From: Candidatus Bathyarchaeota archaeon
Lineage (GTDB): Archaea > Thermoproteota > Bathyarchaeia > 40CM-2-53-6
Length of the DNA: 64,000 nucleotides
Direction: 5' to 3'
NCBI GenBank assembly: GCA_005884195.1
Contig: VBBP01000053.1
Coordinates: 6,548-70,547, forward strand
Each line of letters starts with the position of its first letter. Within the stretch, counting starts at the first letter, position 1. The notes below the pieces were generated by a model. The model was not told the DNA's origin, made no database searches, and was given only the letters and a program-made list of their open reading frames with translations. A program made the position numbers and the translations under genes. Positions 9,138 through 18,153 of the stretch are shown piece by piece.

Positions 9138-10304
9138 TTGCCCAGTTATTACAGCCTCGGCAAACTTCCTGCCAAGAGGCATACTCAGTTCCGAAAACCC
9201 GACGGCTCACTCTACCAGGAAGAGGTTTTTGGGACCGAAGCGTTCTCAGGTGTATACTCAACGCTTTACCACATTAATCCCCCTACAAGAGTGTCTCACA
9301 TCAAGAAGCTGAAAGAACTCGCAATCACTCGCTGGCAACCTGACCTCCACCGTCATCATCATGTCCGCACCAGAAACTCGGAGCTGGCAGAGGACCCGGT
9401 CGAAGGACGACAGCCCCTCTTCTACAACGATGACGTATTCGTTTCGACAGTCCGACCTTCCCATGGCATGGACTGGTTCTTCAGGAACGCCCAAGGAGAC
9501 GAGCTATACTTCGTCCATGAAGGAAAAGGAAGCATCGAATCCGTGTTCGGAATTCTCCCGTTCCACGAGGGCGACTTCATCATCGTCCCTCGAGGAACCA
9601 CCTACAGAATAAACCTGGACGGGAAAGAGAATCGGTTCATGGTAACCGAATCCGCCGGACCCATCGAAGTTCCCAAACGTTACAGAAACGACTATGGCCA
9701 GCTGGTTGAGCTGGCGCCCTACGCTGACAGAGATTTCCGTCGGCCCGAGAAACTTGTCCCACACAGCGATTCAGGAGAATTCGAAGTCCGAGTCAAGATC
9801 GACAACTCCCTAATGTCTTACGTTTTCGACTATCACCCCATCGATGTTGTCGGATGGGATGGCTACCTCTACCCATGGATCTTCAATGTCAGCGACTTCG
9901 AACCTCTGACCGGTCGCATCCACCAGCCTCCTCCTATCCACCAGACATTCGAGGCACCAGGGTTCGACGTTCTATCCTTTGTCCCGCGAAAGCTCGACTA
10001 CCATCCCCAAGCCATACCCGTCCCGTACAACCACAGCAACATCGACAGCGACGAGGTCCTCTACTACGTTAGCGGAGACTTCAGCAGCCGCCGAGGAATC
10101 GAAGTAGGATCTTTCACCCTCCACAGGAGAGGGGTGCATCACGGACCCCAGCCAGGAGCTGTCGAAGCAAGCCTGGGAAAGGATTCCACTAATGAACTGG
10201 CAATTATGATCGAGACCAAGAAGCCGTTGAAGGTGACCTCGATTGCTGAGAAGCTGGACGATCCTAACTATCCCTTCAGCTGGCAGACACCCGCCAAAAA
10301 ATAG
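9138..10304 (+). CDS. hmgA: Homogentisate 1,2-dioxygenase
   Basis: KRHTQFRKPDG, DVVGWDG, HQPPPIHQTF, PYNHSNIDSDE, HHGP. Start placed at TTG 9138 (GTG 9129 is an alternative); track start 9039 overlaps the FAH gene. Confidence 0.93.
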   Translation: MPSYYSLGKLPAKRHTQFRKPDGSLYQEEVFGTEAFSGVYSTLYHINPPTRVSHIKKLKELAITRWQPDLHRHHHVRTRNSELAEDPVEGRQPLFYNDDVFVSTVRPSHGMDWFFRNAQGDELYFVHEGKGSIESVFGILPFHEGDFIIVPRGTTYRINLDGKENRFMVTESAGPIEVPKRYRNDYGQLVELAPYADRDFRRPEKLVPHSDSGEFEVRVKIDNSLMSYVFDYHPIDVVGWDGYLYPWIFNVSDFEPLTGRIHQPPPIHQTFEAPGFDVLSFVPRKLDYHPQAIPVPYNHSNIDSDEVLYYVSGDFSSRRGIEVGSFTLHRRGVHHGPQPGAVEASLGKDSTNELAIMIETKKPLKVTSIAEKLDDPNYPFSWQTPAKK

Positions 10305-10340
10305 ACCGACCACATTCTTAGAAGTCCCAAGCTGACGCTC

Positions 10341-11447
10341 TTGTCTAACTCGCAAGTCGTCAGCGGCGAGTACTCCTACCTGCCGATCGAGAGAGTTCAC
10401 TTTGGACCCGATTCAATCGCACGGCTATCTGAAGAGCTTGACAAGATCAGATCAGACCATCCATTCATTATTACGGGACAGACCATTGCTGAGAAGACAA
10501 GACTTGTAGACACTGTCGAGAGGGCATCAGGACGAAAGCTCGTCGGTGTCTTCTCCGGCATCAAACAACACGCTCCAACTAGCGGCATAAAGCAGGCAAT
10601 CAGTGAAGTGCGGAAGGCAAGGGCTGATTCTCTGATCAGCCTTGGAGGAGGTAGCCCTATCGACTCTGCAAAGATCGCCGTCAAAGAGCTGTCCGAAAAC
10701 TTCGCCAAACCCATCATTGCCCATATCGCCATTCCGACGACTCTCTCGGCGGCGGAATTCTCATACTCAGCAGGAATGACTGATGATTCATCGAAAAGAA
10801 AGACTGGTGTCCGTGATCCCAGGCTCGTCCCGCGTTTCATCTTCCTCGACCCAATGATCACAGTTGATACTCCATCCTGGCTCTGGGCTTGTACAGGAAT
10901 CCGGAGTCTCGATCACGCAGTCGAATCAATCTACTCTCCGAAACACCAGCCATATGTTGACAGTCTTGCACTCGAATCTATCAGGCTCCTTTTTCAGAAT
11001 CTCAAGTCCTCAACCAACAACCCAACTCGGATCGGGCCCCGTCTAGCCTGTCAAATGGCGGCATGGATGTCCTTCGCAGGAGTCCAAAGCGTCGGGACCG
11101 GATTGAGCCATGCAATAGGTCGCGTTATCGGCGCAACATGGGACATCCCTCACGGCATCACATCCTGTCTGACACTTGCCGAGGTGATGAGGCACCAGGC
11201 TCGGAAATATCCGGACAGGCTCTCGTTGATCGCGGAAGCTGAGGGACAAGACTTGAAAGGGCTTAGCGAGAGCAAACCGGCCTTATCGGCGGCCGACCGA
11301 GTCGAAGAATTAGTCAAAGGCCTCGGACTCTCCAAAAAGCTCAGTGACTATGGGATCAGGAGAGAGGATTTACCATCAATTGCAAGAGACGCCTCCGGTC
11401 CAGAAGAATACTCAATGGCGTTACAGGTTCTGGAAGCAATATTCTAG
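10341..11447 (+). CDS. Iron-containing alcohol dehydrogenase (maleylacetate reductase-like)
   Basis: GGGSPID, IPTTLSAAE, DHAVE, HAIG, PHG motifs. Confidence 0.88.
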   Translation: MSNSQVVSGEYSYLPIERVHFGPDSIARLSEELDKIRSDHPFIITGQTIAEKTRLVDTVERASGRKLVGVFSGIKQHAPTSGIKQAISEVRKARADSLISLGGGSPIDSAKIAVKELSENFAKPIIAHIAIPTTLSAAEFSYSAGMTDDSSKRKTGVRDPRLVPRFIFLDPMITVDTPSWLWACTGIRSLDHAVESIYSPKHQPYVDSLALESIRLLFQNLKSSTNNPTRIGPRLACQMAAWMSFAGVQSVGTGLSHAIGRVIGATWDIPHGITSCLTLAEVMRHQARKYPDRLSLIAEAEGQDLKGLSESKPALSAADRVEELVKGLGLSKKLSDYGIRREDLPSIARDASGPEEYSMALQVLEAIF

Positions 11448-11530
11448 CTGCCGGAAAAGCTGAAAGCCTTAATCTGAACACATCCCGGTGACCCAGTTCA
11501 ATCTCTACGAAGAAATTAGGGTTCAACTAT

Positions 11531-12382
11531 ATGCCAGGGCTAACTGAACGACTTCTCTACCGGGTCGCAAAGCGATGGATAGCAGGATACTCGCTCGAAG
11601 ACGGGATTAGGGTCGCCCGTGATGCGAATGACAGACAACTTAGGGCAATTCTCAACCGGCTGGGCGAACACACTCCCGACCAGAAGCTGATTCAAGGCTA
11701 TACGGAAGAATACCTCAAACTTCTCGACCGGATGCAGGCAGAGAAAATAAACGGCACAATTTCCGTAAAGCCGTCTCAGATCGGGCTTGCTGCAAGTCCC
11801 TCGCTCTACGAGGGAAATCTTCTTCGTATCATAGAGAGGGCTGAAACCTATGACGAGTTTGTCTGGATAGATATGGAAAATTCGCCGTACACCACGGCGA
11901 CGCTGAAGGTTTACAGGGAAATTCTTCCCAGCCATCGGCAGTTAGGGGTTTGTTTGCAGGCAAACATGAAACGGACCGAGACACATCTCAGAGACCTCAT
12001 TTCACGCGGGGGAATAGTCCGGCTCGTGAAGGGTGCCTACTCCGAGAGCGCAGAGTTGGCTTACAAGAGGAGAAGCGAGGTTGACGCGAACTATGTCAGG
12101 CTCATGACCATGCTCTTCGAGGGAGGAGGCCGGTTCGCTATCGGGACCCATGATGGAAAGCTCATTGACAAGGCTAGAGATCTCGCAAAGGATCGGAAAC
12201 GAGACTTCGAGTTTCAATTGTTGAAGGGTATCAGAGACGACATCAAGCCAACTTTGATCGAGGAAGGATATCGGGTAAGCGAGTACATTCCCTATGGACC
12301 AGAGTGGTACAACTATAGCAAGCGAAGGATGCGCGAGCGTAAGCGGAACATTCTACTCCTCCTGCGATCCATCACCGGCTAG
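11531..12382 (+). CDS. Monofunctional proline dehydrogenase
   Basis: SVKPSQIG, WIDME, RLVKGAY, GTHD, YIPYG, Y..RR.RER. Confidence 0.92.
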   Translation: MPGLTERLLYRVAKRWIAGYSLEDGIRVARDANDRQLRAILNRLGEHTPDQKLIQGYTEEYLKLLDRMQAEKINGTISVKPSQIGLAASPSLYEGNLLRIIERAETYDEFVWIDMENSPYTTATLKVYREILPSHRQLGVCLQANMKRTETHLRDLISRGGIVRLVKGAYSESAELAYKRRSEVDANYVRLMTMLFEGGGRFAIGTHDGKLIDKARDLAKDRKRDFEFQLLKGIRDDIKPTLIEEGYRVSEYIPYGPEWYNYSKRRMRERKRNILLLLRSITG

Positions 12383-12486
12383 TCAGAACTGGAAAGACAG
12401 AGCAGAGCTTATCTACAGTTTCGACTCGCCCGCAGAATATTCGACGAGATGAGCCTGAGACACGGAGGGTTGTTGTTACGGATCAA

Positions 12487-12642
12487 GTGGACAAGAACTT
12501 CATCGCTGATCTCCTGGTCCTACTCGTCATCCTCATAGTTGTCGTTGGAGGTTTCGCGCTTCTCCACACCACAGCTATCCTCTTGGGTGGGGGACTGGCA
12601 CTAGTCGTCGCTGTTGCCGCCGAGTTTGTATGGTCTCGCTGA
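12487..12642 (+). CDS. Small two-TM membrane protein (51 aa, not in the ORF track)
   Basis: GTG..TGA; MDKNFIADLLVLLVILIVVVGGFALLHTTAILLGGGLALVVAVAAEFVWSR. Confidence 0.55.
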   Translation: MDKNFIADLLVLLVILIVVVGGFALLHTTAILLGGGLALVVAVAAEFVWSR

Positions 12643-13206
12643 GGTTCCTGCGACTCTCGCTGCTCTCTTTCTGGCCCGTACTCTCCGGGCCTGTCTTTCT
12701 CGTTTCTTCTTGGAGACTCTTTCACGGCTGATGCGAGACCGCAGCGATACGAATAGCTTTCTCACTTCTCCAGCATACGAGTCTTTGGGACCTCTGATGT
12801 GTCTATCCGCGAATACCGCAAAGAAGAGGCCTACCCAGGCGATCCAGAGAGGAGGTCCATAACTGCCTGATGCCAGGGAGGGCACTGAGGTCAACAGGTC
12901 GACTAGTCCGAAAGTTGTTCCAAATCCTACAAGTTCCTTTCCTATCCTCAGATGGTGTGCGTAGCACAGTACGCCCCCCAGTAGGATTGTGACTCCGCCG
13001 ATCTGCACGAGTATCGCGAGAACTCCAGCTAGTACCGAGAACACGGTTAGGCCGTTGGACGAGAGATTCATGAATAGCGTAAGCCATGGATTAGATGCAG
13101 TGCCGGGCACGAGGTTCGATAAGACCGGCCTAGTCAAGGTGAGAATAACACCCGCAATCATGGCAAGGGCGCTGGAGTATCTGTTGTCGATGTTTACAAA
13201 TGCCAT
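12601..13206 (-). CDS. Hypothetical membrane protein with basic C-terminal tail
   Basis: About 4 hydrophobic segments followed by an Arg/Lys-rich tail. Confidence 0.65.
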   Translation of the reverse strand: MAFVNIDNRYSSALAMIAGVILTLTRPVLSNLVPGTASNPWLTLFMNLSSNGLTVFSVLAGVLAILVQIGGVTILLGGVLCYAHHLRIGKELVGFGTTFGLVDLLTSVPSLASGSYGPPLWIAWVGLFFAVFADRHIRGPKDSYAGEVRKLFVSLRSRISRERVSKKKRERQARRVRARKRAARVAGTSARPYKLGGNSDD

Positions 13207-13262
13207 GGAAGGGTCCCCTCAGCTTCGCTTGGATTCTTCCGCTAAAAGGGTAGAGATACCCT

Positions 13263-13865
13263 TCACGAGGGCTGTGCGCTGTTTTTCGTTCTGACCCATT
13301 CGATCTGAAGCAGCCTAGGCGTATTGTCTTTCAGGATCTGCTCAATGGCTGCTCTCAGTCGTTTCGTGTCTAGACCCTTGAAATTGTCAATCGTGCCTAG
13401 CTTTGTCATGGCCCTTCCGAGGATTGAGACGCAAACGGTTTTTTCATTTTTCTGGTAGTGAACGAGCGCTGCAGCGGTCAGGATCAGGCCTTGAATGGTG
13501 TCTCTTTCAACGCCCTTTGCGGGGTGCCAGATCTCCTCCAGGAGCTCGTGCGCCTCCCAGAATCTCTCCTGATTGAACAGATCGATTCCTTCTCGCAACG
13601 CTTCCTGCTCCCCTCGCGCTGAACCACGGGGTTCAGTGGATCTGAGCGTTATCACCTTTGAGATCTCGGCTTCGAGTAGACTCTCGGATTTGTTTAGATC
13701 GTCTTTCTCGGCGAAGAGGTCGAACTCGATCGCACTCGTGCTTATTCTGAGGTTTCCAATTTTCTCTGCAGAGCCCAGCAATTCTCGAATCTTCGCCTGC
13801 ATCATCTTGACGTCTTTCGGTAAGTAGTCTTGGTTGTTGGCTAGCCTCACAAGATATCTCATCAT
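13263..13865 (-). CDS. DUF309 domain protein
   Basis: LFNQERFWEAHELLEEIW..QGLI..AAA.VH motif. Confidence 0.85.
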   Translation of the reverse strand: MMRYLVRLANNQDYLPKDVKMMQAKIRELLGSAEKIGNLRISTSAIEFDLFAEKDDLNKSESLLEAEISKVITLRSTEPRGSARGEQEALREGIDLFNQERFWEAHELLEEIWHPAKGVERDTIQGLILTAAALVHYQKNEKTVCVSILGRAMTKLGTIDNFKGLDTKRLRAAIEQILKDNTPRLLQIEWVRTKNSAQPS

Positions 13866-13885
13866 TCTCGACCGCGTTTTTGATA

Positions 13886-14830
13886 CTATGCGAATCCCTG
13901 ATCGCGCAGAAACTTGATTCGAAGAAGCTCCTCACCTGTCAATGACAACGCTTCAGAAGAAGCGAGGTTTTCACCCACTTGCTCAGGAGTCTTTGCACCT
14001 GGAATTACTGTCGATATGTCCTTGTGGTCGAGGACGAATCTCAGCGCTGCCTGTGCAAGGGTTCGATTATTCGATTCCAAGAACCTCAAGCTATCAGTTG
14101 CCATTGTCAGTTGCGAGATGTAATCATGGGGGAAGTTGTGTCGGATATCACCTTTAGAGAAGGTGGATTCTGTCTTCAGTTTGCCTGCAAGGAACCCGTT
14201 CGCGAGAGGCTCTCGGGCGATGATTCCGACATTGATCTTGGTTGCCTCTCGAAAGAGCTGATTCTTGGCTTCCTGTCGTAGGATGTTGAAGACTGCCTGA
14301 ACAGCCCCTATCTCGGCGGTCCTCATGGCGAGTAAGCCGTCTTGGGGATCGTGGATCGATATGCCGTAGTGTCGGATCTTTCCGGAGGCCTTGAGTTTCT
14401 CTAGCGTCTTGAATACTCTTCCGTCCTTGACGAGTTGGGTTGGGGGATTGTGGAGCTGGTAGAGGTCAATGTAGTCGGAGCCTAATCTTTCACAGCTCTT
14501 CCCTAGCGCAAACTCGAGATAGTCAGGAGTGAAATTCATTCGAGGGGTTCCATGGTAAAAGTCTCCGCCTACCTTCGTGGCGATGATAACTTCTGATCTA
14601 TGGCCTTTGATGGCCTGTCCAATCAGCTCCTCGCTGTGTCCGTGGCCGTAGACGTCGGCTGTATCGAAGAAGTTGCATCCCAGCTCTAACGCCCTTCCCA
14701 AAGCAGCCAGGGACTGAGTGTCGTCGGTGGGACCGTAGCTATTTCCATGAGCGTTCCCGCCTATCGCCCAGGCGCCGAAGCCTACCTCGCTTATCTTGAG
14801 TCCTGTCCTACCTAGAACTCGGTACCTCAT
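13886..14830 (-). CDS. Aldo/keto reductase
   Basis: DTADVYG, IATK, DYIDLYQLH, IPGAK. Confidence 0.95.
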   Translation of the reverse strand: MRYRVLGRTGLKISEVGFGAWAIGGNAHGNSYGPTDDTQSLAALGRALELGCNFFDTADVYGHGHSEELIGQAIKGHRSEVIIATKVGGDFYHGTPRMNFTPDYLEFALGKSCERLGSDYIDLYQLHNPPTQLVKDGRVFKTLEKLKASGKIRHYGISIHDPQDGLLAMRTAEIGAVQAVFNILRQEAKNQLFREATKINVGIIAREPLANGFLAGKLKTESTFSKGDIRHNFPHDYISQLTMATDSLRFLESNNRTLAQAALRFVLDHKDISTVIPGAKTPEQVGENLASSEALSLTGEELLRIKFLRDQGFA

Positions 14831-14961
14831 TCGAGCTTTCCAAGAGGGGTCGGATAGGGGTCGATAGATTAACCTTGAATGCGTAGCAATCCGGTCGACA
14901 GAACTCGCCCGCGCAGATCTTTTTTTGTAACTTTTCTTTTCGAGTAACTATTCTTTTTCAC

Positions 14962-15248
14962 TTAACTAATCTGTGATCCCCGGGGGTGGTCGATTTTCCA
15001 GCGCCCCTCCCTTCGTGAAAACGCTCGAAATCCACGTTCACCAGTCCCTGCCTATCCTTCCTTCCTCCATGCCCACTTGGTCTTCGACCCTAACCTGCGG
15101 AGCCTACGTCCATTCCGCCCTTCGTGAAACAGCCGTTTCCGGCGTTGGGAGAGCCTTTAGAGGCGGGCCATTGACGCTTTGCAGAATCTTTGCCATGATT
15201 GTGCATCCGGGTTCGCCGCGCGTAAGATCGGGGGTTACAGTTCGTTGA
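14962..15248 (+). other. Candidate structured non-coding element (ncRNA, ssDNA structure or IR-bounded segment)
   Basis: 14971-14982 pairs with 15229-15240 (12 contiguous pairs, 2 G-U); pairing extends to 14962/15248. Internal hairpins and a 12-bp direct repeat CCCTTCGTGAAA. Confidence 0.35.
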
Positions 15249-15284
15249 TAGTCTACAAGCGTGGATTACCTGTCAGGATGAACT

Positions 15285-15638
15285 TTGGCAGTAAATACGT
15301 CGCCGAAGCCAACAGCAGCCTTCGCGCTGTCAGCGCTCGCAGGGCTAATCACCCTGATCAGTGCCTTCATCGCCAGCACAGTCAGCTCCTTGCTGATACC
15401 AGGAATCGACTCGTCAATGATCCTGGTATGGGGTAGCATTGCAGGCATACTGACACTCGTCGGTTCTTGGCTGCTGTACAACAACGCGGCTCAGAGGAAA
15501 ATAGGATCAATACTCGTGCTCGTCTTCTCTGTAATCTCACTCAACTTTGTCGGATTGATCCTAGGCCTCATTGGAGGATTCCTCGGGTACACCTTCAAGG
15601 GTGCATCCGTAACAACCTCCAATACCTCAGGCCGTTAG
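15285..15638 (+). CDS. Small multi-TM membrane protein (DUF4064-like)
   Basis: PTAAFALSALAG ... ILVLVFSVISL..GLILGLIGG, a pattern common in archaeal membrane proteins. Confidence 0.7.
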   Translation: MAVNTSPKPTAAFALSALAGLITLISAFIASTVSSLLIPGIDSSMILVWGSIAGILTLVGSWLLYNNAAQRKIGSILVLVFSVISLNFVGLILGLIGGFLGYTFKGASVTTSNTSGR

Positions 15639-15765
15639 TTTCAATCCGCCCTAGGCAAAGGGCGGACCTCCTTTCTTTGTCTACAGAAGAAACACGATAG
15701 CCTCTCTTTTTGGCATAGGATACAGCACGCTTTTCAGAACCGCTTCCATAGGAGGTTCTTAGAAA

Positions 15766-16996
15766 ATGGCTTTGATTAACGACAGAACAGCGAAGCTACT
15801 CACACCAGACGACTGGATTGTCCGAGGCAAAGTTAGGGGCAGAATACAGGATGTTTCAGTTAGCACACAGTACAGCCGAAGGGCGTTCTTGGCGCTCTAT
15901 GCCAGAGCGAACGGAGCCGAGACGGCTAGCGAAGTAATAGCTGGGACCAAATCAACTACACAACTATACAAATCTGCGCAGAACGTCGTAGAGTACTGCA
16001 AGAATATGGCACAAACCACAAACCGGGAACGATTGCTGACTACAGAAACATGATGCCTGGGTTTTCACAGAAGTATTTGGGAAAGACTTCGACCGGAAAG
16101 CGTTCGAGGAAGACGTGCCTTCGGTCAAGAGTATCGTTTCGACAGTTAAGGCAGAATTCGACCGGGACATGCTAGTTGGACTCTTGAAAGAAGGGTCTAC
16201 TCCAAGAGACAAAGCACTACTCTACTTCTTGAGCTACGGGTTCCGAATTGGCGAGATACTCAGCAGGAAGTTCAGTGACTTAGAGGATAAGGGGGAATAC
16301 ACGATTGTAAAGCTCTGGAGCGACGAGACAAAAACTAGGGAAAGCCGAAGGCAGTTTGTTTCGAAAGAGTGCATGAACGTACTCAGGTCTTATCACGCTA
16401 CATTGAGAGAGAAACAGAAAAACAGCCTCTACCTCTTCCCCGGCGAGACCTCACCAAAGACCCACGTAGCAGGGCACCTCAGCAAAGTGGCGGCAGGCGA
16501 CAGCCTGAAGAAACTCTTCATCTCGCATGGACTCAAAGACACAGCACGCGAGATATTCAGCCCCCACGGACTCAGAACGTTCGCGGAAAATCAGATGAGA
16601 GAAGCAGGCCTAAACGACACATTCACAAAACAGATAGTGGGGCACAGTGCTAAGACCGAGGATAGCTACAAAGGGTGGCAAGCTATCGAGAAGGCTTGGG
16701 TAGCTAAGTGCCTAACGAAGATGACGTGGCTTCGTCCTACCGAAATAGCTCTCGTAGAGAATCCAGAGACCCGGAAAGAGCTTGATCTTCTCAAAGCCAA
16801 AGTAACGGAACTAACTACGCCTGAGGGGTTGCTGAAGGCACTGAAGCAGGCCTATCTAATCGAAGGTAGTCTGCCTGGGGAGATACCGAACAAGAAGCTC
16901 GAACTGGCCAAGAAGATACAGAAGCAATTGGAAGACGATCAAGGCCAACCAGACGTAGGACAAGTAGACGACGCATCTAGCAAAGTAAGTAACTAA
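15766..16996 (+). pseudogene. Tyrosine recombinase/integrase, frameshifted near 16015-16066
   Basis: Catalytic domain intact: GFRIGE, SPHGLR, VGH, DSY. The N-terminal part (15766..16053) is in another frame, bridged by third-frame KPGTIADYRNMMPGF. Confidence 0.75.
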
Positions 16997-17009
16997 CCCC
17001 GCTTTCTAG
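16987..17009 (+). repeat. 23-bp direct repeat, copy 1 (contains the integrase stop codon)
   Basis: AAGTAACTAACCCCGCTTTCTAG; 22/23 identical to 18154-18176. Confidence 0.85.
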
Positions 17010-17092
17010 GGGTATCGTTCTCTTTTGTTCTAAGTCGGTCAATGACTTATGGTTATGAGAAGCGAAGCCGTGCCTTCCTTATTCGGCATTGA

Positions 17093-17287
17093 TCCCTCCA
17101 GACTGTAATTCAAATTTGCTCGAAGGGTCACAAGTGGCACGTATTTAGAAAACTACCTAAGGCTGTCGTGGACAAAAAGTGTCCGGAATGCAAGTCAATA
17201 GCGGAGAAAGCCCGTAGCCTGAAGAGCGCACTTAGGCGACAAAAGAAGCAAGAGAAAAAATGGCCCGAAGAGGGGAAGTTGGAGTAA
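17093..17287 (+). pseudogene. Zinc-ribbon protein lacking a canonical start (in-frame TGA at 17090)
   Basis: SLQTVIQICSKGHKWHVFRKLPKAVVDKKCPECKSIAEKARSLK..., a CxxGHxW...CPxC pattern; upstream in-frame ATG at 17042. Confidence 0.55.
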
Positions 17288-17379
17288 TGCTATCGAAAGC
17301 AAATTAGTTACTGAGCAACACAAGAAAGAAAATAGAAGCTAACCCGAGTATCTCCGGACACAAGTAACTGAGCTATGGG

Positions 17380-17559
17380 TCAGCTTGAGTTCTGCGCCAT
17401 GACCTTCGTCTCTTTCGGCTTATGGAAGGTTTCTTTGGCGGTGTACACGAGATATTGAGCCGGCGGTGGGTACGCGTCCTCAGCGGAGGAGCTAGTGGTC
17501 TCAGGCTTAGTAGCCTCCGGCTTAGCCACCTTTGCTTTCTCCGTTTTCGCTTGGGACAT
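17380..17559 (-). CDS. Small hydrophilic low-complexity peptide
   Basis: MSQAKTEKAKVAKPEATKPETTSSSAEDAYPPPAQYLVYTAKETFHKPKETKVMAQNSS, directly downstream of the 3-TM gene. Confidence 0.45.
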   Translation of the reverse strand: MSQAKTEKAKVAKPEATKPETTSSSAEDAYPPPAQYLVYTAKETFHKPKETKVMAQNSS

Positions 17560-17596
17560 ATCTACTATCAACCTGTACTCGGCGCTAAATAAGCGT

Positions 17597-18118
17597 TCAT
17601 TGGAGACCGAAGGCATACACGAGTTCTATCCCAAAAAGAACGATGGCAAAGACGGAAATCCCAAGTAGCCAATATCCCACCCTAATGACACCGGTCTTGA
17701 AATCATTCAAGTCGTGATTGTAGACCGTGGCATCAACGACATTGCTCGTCACTTGCCTCATCAAATCGGGATTCTTCAATTTCGCAAGCCCGCCTGTTAT
17801 TGCAGATGGGCTGGGGTCAAACCTGTAATTGGCGAACCTGTTTGCGTAAAGGAAAACAAGAAGGTCGATGGCGAATAGGATTAGCCCAGTGATAAGACTC
17901 CCCTGCAGATAGGCAATCAAAGGATTCGTGTTTTTCAGGTTCGATAGAGCAGAGTTTCCAAGCACCAAAAAGAGAGTCATGAGAGTGCCAGAAACACCCA
18001 TCCCCTGACTGGCTCTCGTTTGGATGCCCTCGGTTCGGCTCCGTTCCATTGAGAATCGGTCAGCGGCGAGCTGGTACCTTGTCTCGTCGGCATCTTGAAC
18101 CAAGGCCGCTCCCATCAT
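17597..18118 (-). CDS. Three-TM protein, Pycsar-effector/DUF5706-like topology
   Basis: N-terminal helix, 2 TM, soluble loop, N...N..K motif, final TM. Confidence 0.6.
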   Translation of the reverse strand: MMGAALVQDADETRYQLAADRFSMERSRTEGIQTRASQGMGVSGTLMTLFLVLGNSALSNLKNTNPLIAYLQGSLITGLILFAIDLLVFLYANRFANYRFDPSPSAITGGLAKLKNPDLMRQVTSNVVDATVYNHDLNDFKTGVIRVGYWLLGISVFAIVLFGIELVYAFGLQ

Positions 18119-18134
18119 CCGATTAGACAGAGCG

Positions 18135-18142
18135 AATATAAG
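18135..18142 (-). promoter_or_regulatory. Putative TATA box of the 3-TM gene
   Basis: CTTATATT about 25 bp upstream of ATG 18118/18115, consistent with leaderless spacing. Confidence 0.4.
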
Positions 18143-18153
18143 CGCAGGGCAGC

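Noticed and set aside
14962-15248. SRP RNA, RNase P RNA or 5S rRNA
   Set aside because: The size and closing stem fit SRP or RNase P, but no helix-8 motif or RNase P conserved regions were found on either strand. Only a 10-nt CGAACCCGGA resemblance to 5S.
14973-15248. 91-aa ORF on the + strand
   Set aside because: No protein-like features; it coincides with the inverted-repeat-bounded segment.
16059-16065. Programmed -1 slippery heptamer GGGTTTT
   Set aside because: It is phased for a frame already closed by TGA at 16051-16053, so it does not explain the required shift as a classical tandem slip.
17090-17092. Selenocysteine recoding of the in-frame TGA
   Set aside because: The codon is not at a Cys-motif position, no SECIS-like element was recognised, and the surrounding element shows general decay.
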